The notes beneath the pieces are model-generated. The model made no database searches, was not told where the DNA came from, and worked only from the letters and a program-made list of their open reading frames with translations. The position numbers and the translations under genes are program-made. A stretch of DNA of 64,000 nucleotides from an uncultured Rikenella sp. (GTDB taxonomy: Bacteria; Bacteroidota; Bacteroidia; Bacteroidales; VadinHA17): positions 28,120 through 92,119 of the forward strand of contig CAZWOC010000016.1 in the NCBI GenBank assembly GCA_964635655.1, read 5' to 3'. Positions 39,161 to 47,308 of this stretch are shown here, one piece after another. Positions within the stretch are counted from its first letter, which is position 1. The number at the start of each line of letters is the position of its first letter.

Positions 39161-40399
39161 ATGAAAACTGTCTTCTTACAAGGTACAAGGGGGAAGCATG
39201 TGTTCTTTCCGGTGTTACTCTGCCTGATGCTGAGTAATTGTATCCGTCCTTTTTACCCTGATCTTGAGAAGTATCAGTCACTCCTTATAGTTGACGCCAG
39301 GCTGACGGATGAAGAAGATGTGCCTGCCTGTGTCAGGCTTTCACGGACATCCGACATGCCTGATGAAAAGCCGAGGATGGTTGAAGGCGCCATAGTCACG
39401 ATGACTGACAATCTTGGAAACAGTACCTCTTTTACGGAGGTCTCCGACGGGGTTTACAAGACTGATAGCACTTCATTCACAGGCATACCTGGCAGGGAGT
39501 ATTCGCTCAGGATCATTACGCCGGACGGGAAAGAGTACGCCTCAGATCCGTGTAGTCTCGCCCGGGGACGTAAAATTGACAATGTGTATTTTGAAAAAGC
39601 GAGCCGGACCCTGGATAACGGTGAGTTTCAGGAGGGCATCATGATATTCGCCGATGCCCTGGAATCAACTGAGAATAAATGTTTCAGGTGGTCTTACGAG
39701 GAATGGTGGAAGTTCACGGTGCCATACCCGGTCACCCATATGTTCATCGATGAGCATAATGTGGTTAAAGTGCCGGTGGAAAATGAAACATGTTATGCCA
39801 GAAGGAAACCGGAGCTGCCCGAAATTGAATCAGTCAATCCGGACCTGAACAGTGAGACTGGAAGGAAGCCAGTGCTCTTTATCGCTTCCGCCAATTCAGA
39901 CAGACTGCTTCTCAGGTACAGTATCGAAGTAAGCCTTTTTACAATTTCCGATGAGGAGTATGAGTTCTGGAGGCTGGTGAAGGAGATCAATACAAGCGGA
40001 GGTGATATTTTCGACAGGCAGCCTTTCCCTGTAATGACGAACATATACTGTGCGAATGATGCTGAAGAGAAAGTCCTTGGATACTTTCAGGTGTGCGGAG
40101 CGTCAAGGAAGAGGATATACATAACACCCGGAGAGATTGAACCACTGGGTTTGCCTGAGTTTGAATACGGCTGTGTTCTGACAAAGAAAGGTCCGCAGGA
40201 TTATCTTTCTGAACAACCTCCCTCTTTTGACTTTATCTACAGAAGTTTTACGGCAATGGGGTACAACTTCATTTATCCTGACTACCTTATAGAAGCATTT
40301 CAAATACTTGACAGGCTGGTTTTTGCAACAAAGGAATGTTCGGACTGTTCGGTTAACGGTGCGTCTGTGCCACCTTATTTCTGGATTGATAGTGAGTAA
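39161..40399 (+). CDS. DUF4249-like lipoprotein
   Basis: Lipobox (CLMLSNC), then RPFYPDLEKYQSLLIVDARLTDEE...VRLSRT. This matches my memory of the DUF4249 N-terminus (beta-sandwich lipoproteins usually adjacent to CarboxypepD_reg TonB receptors). Confidence 0.65.
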   Translation: MKTVFLQGTRGKHVFFPVLLCLMLSNCIRPFYPDLEKYQSLLIVDARLTDEEDVPACVRLSRTSDMPDEKPRMVEGAIVTMTDNLGNSTSFTEVSDGVYKTDSTSFTGIPGREYSLRIITPDGKEYASDPCSLARGRKIDNVYFEKASRTLDNGEFQEGIMIFADALESTENKCFRWSYEEWWKFTVPYPVTHMFIDEHNVVKVPVENETCYARRKPELPEIESVNPDLNSETGRKPVLFIASANSDRLLLRYSIEVSLFTISDEEYEFWRLVKEINTSGGDIFDRQPFPVMTNIYCANDAEEKVLGYFQVCGASRKRIYITPGEIEPLGLPEFEYGCVLTKKGPQDYLSEQPPSFDFIYRSFTAMGYNFIYPDYLIEAFQILDRLVFATKECSDCSVNGASVPPYFWIDSE

Positions 40400-40413
40400 T
40401 TTTGACTGTGGTT

Positions 40414-42807
40414 ATGAACCCGGGCAGGAATAAAAGAGGCATGACAATAAGAATACGGGTGGTTGCAATATCAGCCCTTTTATTTTTATCGGCGTTAAGT
40501 TCCTTATCACAGTCTCCGGATCAGTTGCCGGTAATCAATACCACGGGTGGATTTTCAGAGGAATTATATATACGCACTGACAGGGATATATACATTTCGG
40601 GTGAACAGGTTTTTCTGAAGATATTCTGTGTGAGCAGGCTTACCCGCCGGGCATCAGGTATCAGCCGTGTGGTCTACATAAATCTTCTTGACAGTCATAA
40701 CAATCCGGTGATCAGTCTGAAGGCACGCATTTCAGGTATGTCCGGGACAACAGGCTTTACCCTTCCTGACACACTTGAAACCGGTAACTACCACATAGCC
40801 GGCTCCACCAGGTGGATGCAGAACTTTTCGCCGGAACTTTACTCCTACAAGATAATCACTGTAATCAATCCTTTCAGGAACCTCGACAGCATTAAAACCA
40901 GACCGGAAGAGGGGAGACCTGACAAGGTGATTTTCTTTCCTGAAGGTGGCTCAGTTATTCCCGGAGCTGCCAATGTAATCGGGTTCAGATGCCTCGATTC
41001 AAACATGAAGCCTGTCGGCTTCAGGGGTGTCGTCTCCGACGGTTCAGACAGCATTCTGTGTCATGTCCGGTCTGATAACAACGGATTCGGTATTATAAGA
41101 ACGGATGTACCCTCAGCCGGGAAGCTTTATCTCCGGTCTGTCAATGAGGATGCAGGAACTGAGAGGCATGAGTTACCGGCTGCGCGCTATTCCGCTGTGG
41201 CTATTGCAGTTATGGATGATACGGAACATAACGTTTACAGGGTGAGGATCAACTCCGGCCCCGGCTTCAGTCCGGGTAACAGAGTCCTGAGCCTGAGGTA
41301 CGCCCCCGTGTCAACGCCCTCATTATTACTGGCCGCTGATATTATTGCAAAAGAAGAGATCATGATTAGCCATGATGCCCTGCCTGAAGGCCTGGCTTTC
41401 ATGTACCTGGCTGATGAAAACGGAGAAGTGATCACAGGCAGATGGCTTTGCAACAGCCGGGGAAGAGTAATAAATATTTCGGTTAAACCAGACCGTGAAA
41501 GTTACAGTGCCCGCGACAAGGCTGTCATTGAGGTGTATGCCGAAGACAGCTCCGGCAATCCTGTAACAGGTGACCTGTTGCTTTCCGTAGTACGCCGGCA
41601 AAGCATTGAAGAGTCCCGGGATGTTGCCGGATACGGACTTCAGATATCCGGATTACCCGGCAGAAATGACAGCTGCGGGATTTACGGCAATAATGACAGA
41701 CTGCTGTTTTATCAGAATGACGCTGCAGAACCGGGCGATGACGGCCACAGACAGGTTATTCTGCCTGAACCCGACGGTCATATTATCAGTGGCAGGGTGA
41801 TGAAAACCGGAACCGGGGAGCCGTTGGCAGGCAGCGACATTGTTCTCTCCTTTGTCGGGAAAAAGGCGTTGTGCAAATTTGCTGAAACAGATACTGCCGG
41901 CAGGTTCATGTTCATCTCAACAGAGGAGGGCATCCGGGAGATGGTTATTCAGCCACTGGATTCAGATACCGTTGGCTATTACACAGAGCTTGATGACCCA
42001 TTCCCCGGGACCTTCAGCAAGACTCCCCCCCGGGAGCTGAGCATCGATACAGGAATGCTTGACATGATAAACAAAGCTGTCATAAGCATGCAGGTAAAAA
42101 GGGTATATGACCCGTTGACAGAACGTGCCACAGCAGCACCGGGAGGGAATGAAGAATATGATTTTTACGGACAGCCTGAATACGTCACGGATATGTCAGC
42201 GTTCATACAGCTTGCCACTCTCGGCGAAGCTCTTAAGGAACTTGTTCCGGGTGCGGTCTCTGCTAATGAGAAGGGGAAGGCAGTCATAAGGACTGTCAGA
42301 AAATACAATGACCTGGTTGAGGTATGGGATCCGATCGTGATTGTCGACGGGGTGCCGGTGCCTGATCATGAGAAAGTGCTCGGAATACCCGGCGATAAGA
42401 TCGCGATTATAAAGGTGCTTAACGGTGAGTATTTTATTTCAGGATTAGTCCTTGGAGGGGTGATTGACATCAAGACCTATGACGGGGATCTTTCTGTTAT
42501 CCGCTTTGACAAGCCTCTCTTCAGACAGGAGTATCACGGACTTACCGGGGGGACAGGTTTTGTCTCACCTGATTACTCTCTTCCTGCCAGTAAGGAGAAC
42601 CGTATGCCTGATTTCCGGAATACACTCTATTGGGATCCGGAGCTAAGCACAGACAGTAACGGCCGGGCTGTGGCGGAATTTTTCACATCCGATGAACCAG
42701 GTGACTATCTTATTCTTGTCGAAGGTTTTAGCTCTGACGGCATATACGGAAGGGGCACAGGACATCTTGTAATAGAAAGCGACAGCAACAACAGGCAGCA
42801 GCACTGA
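40414..42807 (+). CDS. Large exported multi-domain protein: MG2-like and beta-sandwich repeats, carboxypeptidase-regulatory-like domain, C-terminal plug-like segment, no obvious beta-barrel
   Basis: Signal peptide (MTIRIRVVAISALLFLSALSSLSQS; alternative ATG at 40441). MG2-like TDRDIYISGEQVFLKIF. FFPEGGSVIPGAANVIGFRC motif. GRVMKTGTGEPLAGSDIVL...DTAGRFMF (CarboxypepD_reg-like). Plug-like PIVIVDGVPVPDHEKVLGIPGDKIAIIKVLNGEY...GGVIDIKT. The protein ends about 120 aa later. Confidence 0.6.
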   Translation: MNPGRNKRGMTIRIRVVAISALLFLSALSSLSQSPDQLPVINTTGGFSEELYIRTDRDIYISGEQVFLKIFCVSRLTRRASGISRVVYINLLDSHNNPVISLKARISGMSGTTGFTLPDTLETGNYHIAGSTRWMQNFSPELYSYKIITVINPFRNLDSIKTRPEEGRPDKVIFFPEGGSVIPGAANVIGFRCLDSNMKPVGFRGVVSDGSDSILCHVRSDNNGFGIIRTDVPSAGKLYLRSVNEDAGTERHELPAARYSAVAIAVMDDTEHNVYRVRINSGPGFSPGNRVLSLRYAPVSTPSLLLAADIIAKEEIMISHDALPEGLAFMYLADENGEVITGRWLCNSRGRVINISVKPDRESYSARDKAVIEVYAEDSSGNPVTGDLLLSVVRRQSIEESRDVAGYGLQISGLPGRNDSCGIYGNNDRLLFYQNDAAEPGDDGHRQVILPEPDGHIISGRVMKTGTGEPLAGSDIVLSFVGKKALCKFAETDTAGRFMFISTEEGIREMVIQPLDSDTVGYYTELDDPFPGTFSKTPPRELSIDTGMLDMINKAVISMQVKRVYDPLTERATAAPGGNEEYDFYGQPEYVTDMSAFIQLATLGEALKELVPGAVSANEKGKAVIRTVRKYNDLVEVWDPIVIVDGVPVPDHEKVLGIPGDKIAIIKVLNGEYFISGLVLGGVIDIKTYDGDLSVIRFDKPLFRQEYHGLTGGTGFVSPDYSLPASKENRMPDFRNTLYWDPELSTDSNGRAVAEFFTSDEPGDYLILVEGFSSDGIYGRGTGHLVIESDSNNRQQH

Positions 42808-42858
42808 CAGCAATGCAACATCCCTGGAATCTCTGATACCTGTCGCCGGCAGAGCGGT

Positions 42859-43371
42859 TTATTTCTCCGCTTTCTCAAGTCCCTCAAGCTCCTTCATGCC
42901 CAGGTTATCTGACAGGCCGGCGATTGTTTTCATGTCAAGGTCACCCTGAATGGATACCACCGAGCCCCCTATACCGCCGGTGACCATCACAAGCTCGGCT
43001 ATCCTGCCGCCTTCTTCACGAATCATGAAAAAGACCTGGCCGTCCTGCTCCTTCACCGTCATCAGCTCCTCATATCCGTTACGCCTCAGACCGGGCATCA
43101 ACTCTTTCACGAAGCTTATACCCCGGACCGCCATTGTGCTGTCGATACTCAGGATGCGGATCCCCTTGATTCTTGTCACCAGGTTGCGGAACTCTTCGTC
43201 TTCAGTATCGATCCTCGAGAGGAGGCTGAACATCCTGGAAGAGATGTAGACAGAGGTAAAGCCATCCTTTCCGTCATATTTCGTGAACAGGTCATCCACG
43301 GGGCTCTTCTGTGCACAGAGCGAAGCTGACAGAGCTGTCAGCAGTAGTAATATGAGCACATGTTTATTCAT
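42859..43371 (-). CDS. DUF4252-like exported protein (copy 2, operon-distal)
   Basis: Signal peptide, then VDDLFTKYDGKDGFTSVYISSRMFSLL and later ELMTVKEQDGQVFFMIRE. This matches the remembered DUF4252 pattern and is paralogous to 44475..44984. Confidence 0.7.
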   Translation of the reverse strand: MNKHVLILLLLTALSASLCAQKSPVDDLFTKYDGKDGFTSVYISSRMFSLLSRIDTEDEEFRNLVTRIKGIRILSIDSTMAVRGISFVKELMPGLRRNGYEELMTVKEQDGQVFFMIREEGGRIAELVMVTGGIGGSVVSIQGDLDMKTIAGLSDNLGMKELEGLEKAEK

Positions 43372-43945
43372 ATCGTGTTTTCTGGTTTATTTCTTTTTCA
43401 TCCTGTACTGCGACAAGTTCATCGAGGTAATGAAGCCTGGAGAGATTTTTGCCTATGATGTCGCCAAGCCTGTCAAGTCCTTCCAGTTCCTGCGGTTTTT
43501 TGGCAATGGTTCCGACCTGTCCCAGTTGGGCGGCGCCACTGTTCATCTTTCCTGAAACGTCCAGCAGGATGTTTCTTACCTCCGCCATGGCTATTGCCGG
43601 GTCACTGTAGGTGTCTTCCGGCTGGCCGGGGATTGCAAGGCGGAATGCCAGCCAGATTCCTGTCACTATTGCTGCCGCGGCAGCAATGCCGGTGATAAGG
43701 CGGAAGAGGCTGCCTGTTGGTTTCAGGGCTGCCTTTCGGTGTGTTACGGCTTCGAGCTTGTCAGCAAACCCTTCGGAAGGCACGGGTGCCGGCCCGGCCA
43801 TTTCAGCAAGGAAGAGCAGTTCTCTCCTCAGGTCTTCTGGCAATAGCGGATCACTGAGCGAATTTTTCAGCTTCAACTCCTCCTCTTCGGTGGTTTTACC
43901 TTCAAAATACCTTTCGAGCAGTTCCCTTATCTTCTCCTGTTCCAT
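43364..43945 (-). CDS. Single-pass membrane protein, putative anti-sigma factor of the adjacent ECF sigma
   Basis: The ATG at 43945 gives MEQEKIRELLERYFEGKTTEEEE, a typical N-terminus for Bacteroidetes ECF-linked membrane proteins. There is a central TM segment (LITGIAAAAAIVTGIWLAF). It overlaps the sigma gene by 44 nt and the next gene by 8 nt. Confidence 0.6.
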   Translation of the reverse strand: MEQEKIRELLERYFEGKTTEEEELKLKNSLSDPLLPEDLRRELLFLAEMAGPAPVPSEGFADKLEAVTHRKAALKPTGSLFRLITGIAAAAAIVTGIWLAFRLAIPGQPEDTYSDPAIAMAEVRNILLDVSGKMNSGAAQLGQVGTIAKKPQELEGLDRLGDIIGKNLSRLHYLDELVAVQDEKEINQKTRYE

Positions 43946-44447
43946 AACCGTATATCCTTTCCAACTCCTCCCTGACCTGTTTCCTGGCCCTCGAAATAAC
44001 AGTCCTGAGTGCAGTGACATTTGTACCCAGCACTTCGGCAGTCTCTTCGTAAGAGTATCCCTCCATGTCACGCATTATAACCGCGCTTCGTCCGGGCTCC
44101 TTCATCCTGCCGACTATTACCGTGATCAGTCGTGCCGCTTCGCGCCTCTCGTCTGCCCCGGTATTTCCGGATCGCATTTCTTCAGCCGTTACTGTTTCCG
44201 CGAGAGGTACAATCTTCCATCGTTTTCTTCTTCTAAGCATATCGATGCAGCAGTTACGTGTCACTGTGGTGCACCATGCAGCCACGCTGGCATAGCTCCT
44301 CTTTCCGTTTCTCTCCGCCCACAGTTTCATCATAACCTCCTGTACCGCATCTTCAGCTTCTTCCCTGTTGTTCAGGAAGCGAAAGGCGAGGGCATAAAGC
44401 CTCCGCCCCTCCGGCAGTACCGTTTTCCTGAACTCTTCGGGGGACAT
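43902..44447 (-). CDS. ECF-type RNA polymerase sigma-70 factor
   Basis: 181 aa with region 2 (AEDAVQEVMMKLW) and region 4 HTH (YSYEETAEVLGTNVTALRTVISRARKQVRE). Confidence 0.9.
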   Translation of the reverse strand: MSPEEFRKTVLPEGRRLYALAFRFLNNREEAEDAVQEVMMKLWAERNGKRSYASVAAWCTTVTRNCCIDMLRRRKRWKIVPLAETVTAEEMRSGNTGADERREAARLITVIVGRMKEPGRSAVIMRDMEGYSYEETAEVLGTNVTALRTVISRARKQVREELERIYGYGTGEDKGTARKVF

Positions 44448-44474
44448 TTTTTACTTTACTATTCACCAAAGTTA

Positions 44475-44984
44475 TCATTTGTCTCCGAACTCGAGTCCTT
44501 CGAGAATGGCAATCCCGTCTCCGTTGCTTACCAGCTGTGATGCCTCCTCACGGGTCAGATTACCCTCAAGCTGGATGACAGCCTCTTTTTCTCCATCAAT
44601 GATCAGGAGCAACTCATTTACAATATCCCTGTTCATCCTTGCAACGAACCGGATGTCAGCGCCGTCATCCCTTACTGACATGAGTTCATCGTACCTGCCC
44701 CTTCTGATCACCCCTCTGATCTCGGAAACAATGCTCTCCGAGGCAGGTGTTGCAGCCTTGTCTCTGACCACCAGCCTGATGGAGGTCACCTTGCTCAGAG
44801 GATTTCCATGCCTGTCAGTGTTGTCGCTGTCACCAAGGAAATTCAGAAGACTGCCGTTGATAACGACCGACGTATAACCGTCGCGGTTGCTGTATTTGCT
44901 GAAGAAATCATCAAGAGAGGTCCTCTGTCCGGATAATGCGGCGGCAATTGTAACTGCGGCAATTGTAAGTAACATTCTTTTCAT
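44475..44984 (-). CDS. DUF4252-like exported protein (copy 1, operon-proximal)
   Basis: The ATG at 44984 gives the signal peptide MKRMLLTIAAVTIAAALSGQ, followed by LDDFFSKYSNRDGYTSVVINGSLLNFL and ELMSVRDDGADIRFVAR. It is paralogous to 42859..43371. Confidence 0.7.
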   Translation of the reverse strand: MKRMLLTIAAVTIAAALSGQRTSLDDFFSKYSNRDGYTSVVINGSLLNFLGDSDNTDRHGNPLSKVTSIRLVVRDKAATPASESIVSEIRGVIRRGRYDELMSVRDDGADIRFVARMNRDIVNELLLIIDGEKEAVIQLEGNLTREEASQLVSNGDGIAILEGLEFGDK

Positions 44985-45019
44985 AGCTGTCCGTTTTTTA
45001 TTGTGTTTACTGAGTCTAT

Positions 45020-45044
45020 GACGAACAGGGGCAAAAAACATTAC
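45020..45044 (-). promoter_or_regulatory. Candidate ECF-type promoter (GTAAT-N16-CGTC) upstream of the DUF4252/ECF operon
   Basis: The minus strand reads tGTAATgttttttgcccctgttCGTCatag, 36 nt upstream of the 44984 start. This resembles the AAC-N16/17-CGTC ECF autoregulatory promoter layout. Confidence 0.35.
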
Positions 45045-45203
45045 AAAATTTTTTCACTATCTGAAAAAGTGTTGATATCTGTTGAAAATTCCGGGAAGGT
45101 TTCCGGGTACAGAGGTGTTATTTTTATCCGTTGAATAATTAATAAATATACGTAATCGGGCTTGCCGGTTTAACAAGTTTAATCAAAACAGAATATTTGC
45201 CAA

Positions 45204-47150
45204 ATGACAGCATCTGAAGCGATTGCCCTGATGAAAGAGTCCGGGGTCACACTTCCTGAGGAGATAAGCCTTATTGCCGGAAGTTCTCCGTCCGCGGTTT
45301 TCTTCAATTCTTCGTCTGAAATCCTTGAAGCTTCGTTTCCCGGCAGGGGAGACCTGACATTCGAAGTTAAATATGACATTCCGGGAAGAGGTGAGGTCAC
45401 GGAAGTAAAGCTTCACCGTGTCACAAACGGGCTATCTGCAAACTATACAGAGCCTTACATGAGACGACGTGACCCGGAGACAATGCTCATCGGTGACGAG
45501 CGGCCGACCGACAAGAGGAGGTTTGAGGATGAATATGGTTATCCTTTTTGCAGGCTGAAGAATGAGACCATTGAATGGCTGAAAGGGCAGGAGGTCGGGA
45601 TGTTCCTCTGTTTTGCAGGCAACTGGCCAATCGGTGCCGGCGGCATTGTTGTAACCCCGCTCAACGCATCGTTTTTTGCTTTCGGGCTATCGCTCCTGCA
45701 GAGGATTATTTCTGTTGATCAGCTACCTGAAGGATTCAGGGTGGAATCTGTCGTCTACGTTGCACCTCCCTTCCGTCACACGCATTTCATGGGACGCCAG
45801 GTTGTTGTACACAACAGGCTTGAAGGTCTTCATGAGATGTTTGCCTATAACCTGTATCCGGGCCCGAGTGCCAAGAAGGGATTCTACAGTGTCCTCCTTG
45901 ACAAGGGAGAGGATGAAGGATGGCTTACAACCCACTGTTCAACGGTTCAGGTTGTGAGTCCGTATGACAACGTGACCACGTTCATGCATGAGGGGGCCAG
46001 CGGGGGAGGCAAGAGCGAGATGATACAAAACATTGTACGTGAGCCGAATGGCCAGATACTGATTGGCCAGAATATAATGACAGGTGAGCGGCGGGTCATA
46101 TCAATCCCGTTCTTCTGTTCGTTTCATCCGGCAACTGATGACATGGCGCTCTGCCACCCTTCTTACCAGAGTAACAACGGCAAGCTGACTGTAGCTGATG
46201 CCGAGAATGCATGGTTCATCAGGGTTGACGGAGTGACCGGTTACGGTGACGATCCGTTTCTTGAAAAGATCACGATCAACCCGGCAGAGCCGTTGCTCTT
46301 TCTGAATATTGACACCAGGCCTGACGGTACGGCATTGATATGGAACCACACGGAGGATTCACCCGGCAAACGGTGCCCCAATCCAAGGGTAGTGCTTCCG
46401 CGAAGGATTGTCCCGGGTGTGATCAACAGACCGGTCACCGTCGATGTCCGCAATTTCGGGGTAAGGATGCCGCCTTGTACAGCAGAGAAGCCCACTTATG
46501 GTATTGCGGGGCTTTTTCATATACTTCCCCCGGCGCTTGCATGGTTATGGCGGCTTGTGAGCCCCCGCGGATATGCCAATCCCAGCGTCACCGGCAACAG
46601 CGATCTCGAGAGTGAGGGTGCAGGGTCATACTGGCCTTTTGCAACCGGTAAAAAAGTACGGCATGCAAACCTCCTCCTGGAACAGATAGTCAATACTCCC
46701 AGAGTCAGATACACTCTGACACCAAACCAGCACATCGGGGCATGGAAGGTGGGGTTCAAGCCACAGCTGCTGATGAGGGAATACCTGACACGCCGCGGCA
46801 ACGCTAAACTCAGGGCAGATCAGCTCAAACCTTCAAGGTGTTCACTGCTTGGATATGAACTCAACTACCTCACAATCGAGGGTTCTCCTGTACCCACCCG
46901 GTTTCTCAAGGTGTACCGGCAGGCAGAGGTGGGTGAAGAGGGCTATGATGCCGGTGCCGCCATTCTCCAGGACTTTTTCCGCAGGGAGCTGGAGGGATTT
47001 CTCTCGCCTGACCTGGCCCCGCTGGGACGAAGGATAATAAATGCCTTCATGGAGGGGTGCACTGTTGAGGAGTACGCCCGGATACTTCCGATGGAATACC
47101 AGTACTCGTTTCTTACGATTAATGACCATAACCAGCAGGGGGCCGTGTGA
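45204..47150 (+). CDS. Uncharacterised 648-aa protein (DUF4914-like) with P-loop and PEP-carboxykinase-like motif order
   Basis: Uninterrupted ORF with the Walker-A-like motif HEGASGGGKSEM. The downstream motifs run in the same order as ATP-PEPCK (see findings). The family name is recalled from memory, not searched. Confidence 0.7.
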   Translation: MTASEAIALMKESGVTLPEEISLIAGSSPSAVFFNSSSEILEASFPGRGDLTFEVKYDIPGRGEVTEVKLHRVTNGLSANYTEPYMRRRDPETMLIGDERPTDKRRFEDEYGYPFCRLKNETIEWLKGQEVGMFLCFAGNWPIGAGGIVVTPLNASFFAFGLSLLQRIISVDQLPEGFRVESVVYVAPPFRHTHFMGRQVVVHNRLEGLHEMFAYNLYPGPSAKKGFYSVLLDKGEDEGWLTTHCSTVQVVSPYDNVTTFMHEGASGGGKSEMIQNIVREPNGQILIGQNIMTGERRVISIPFFCSFHPATDDMALCHPSYQSNNGKLTVADAENAWFIRVDGVTGYGDDPFLEKITINPAEPLLFLNIDTRPDGTALIWNHTEDSPGKRCPNPRVVLPRRIVPGVINRPVTVDVRNFGVRMPPCTAEKPTYGIAGLFHILPPALAWLWRLVSPRGYANPSVTGNSDLESEGAGSYWPFATGKKVRHANLLLEQIVNTPRVRYTLTPNQHIGAWKVGFKPQLLMREYLTRRGNAKLRADQLKPSRCSLLGYELNYLTIEGSPVPTRFLKVYRQAEVGEEGYDAGAAILQDFFRRELEGFLSPDLAPLGRRIINAFMEGCTVEEYARILPMEYQYSFLTINDHNQQGAV

Positions 47151-47252
47151 GCCTCCCGGTCTGATGACAGGCGCCAACAGGAGGTGGGGCATGTGAGCCC
47201 CCCGGTCTGATGACAGGCGCCAACAGGAAGGGGGGCTGTGAGCCCCCCCCCC
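47146..47252. repeat. 45-46-bp tandem repeat (2 full copies plus a partial copy) ending in a C10 homopolymer
   Basis: Copies start with tgtgagcc at 47146, 47192 and 47237. Copies 1 and 2 are identical at 37 of their first 38 positions. The C-run grows from cctccc to C6 to C10 (47243-47252). Copy 1 overlaps the last two codons and stop of the 45204..47150 gene. Confidence 0.85.
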
Positions 47253-47308
47253 TGTGTGATATCCGTCCGCAGACCGGACAGTTGTCCTGTCTGAAAACCA
47301 GGCAACTG

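Noticed and set aside
43611-44540. 309-aa plus-strand ORF
   Set aside because: It is entirely antisense to the ECF sigma and putative anti-sigma genes, which have clear motifs. It has a Ser/Pro/Arg/Leu-rich composition with no motifs, typical of a shadow ORF.
47243-47252. C10 homopolymer as a classical phase-variation switch of a coding sequence
   Set aside because: The tract is intergenic: about 93 nt past the DUF4914-like stop and about 57 nt beyond the convergent gene's stop. Slippage would not frameshift either ORF. It is retained only as part of the tandem-repeat finding. The ORFs 47210..47572, 46943..47305 and 47119..47358 crossing it are considered artefacts.
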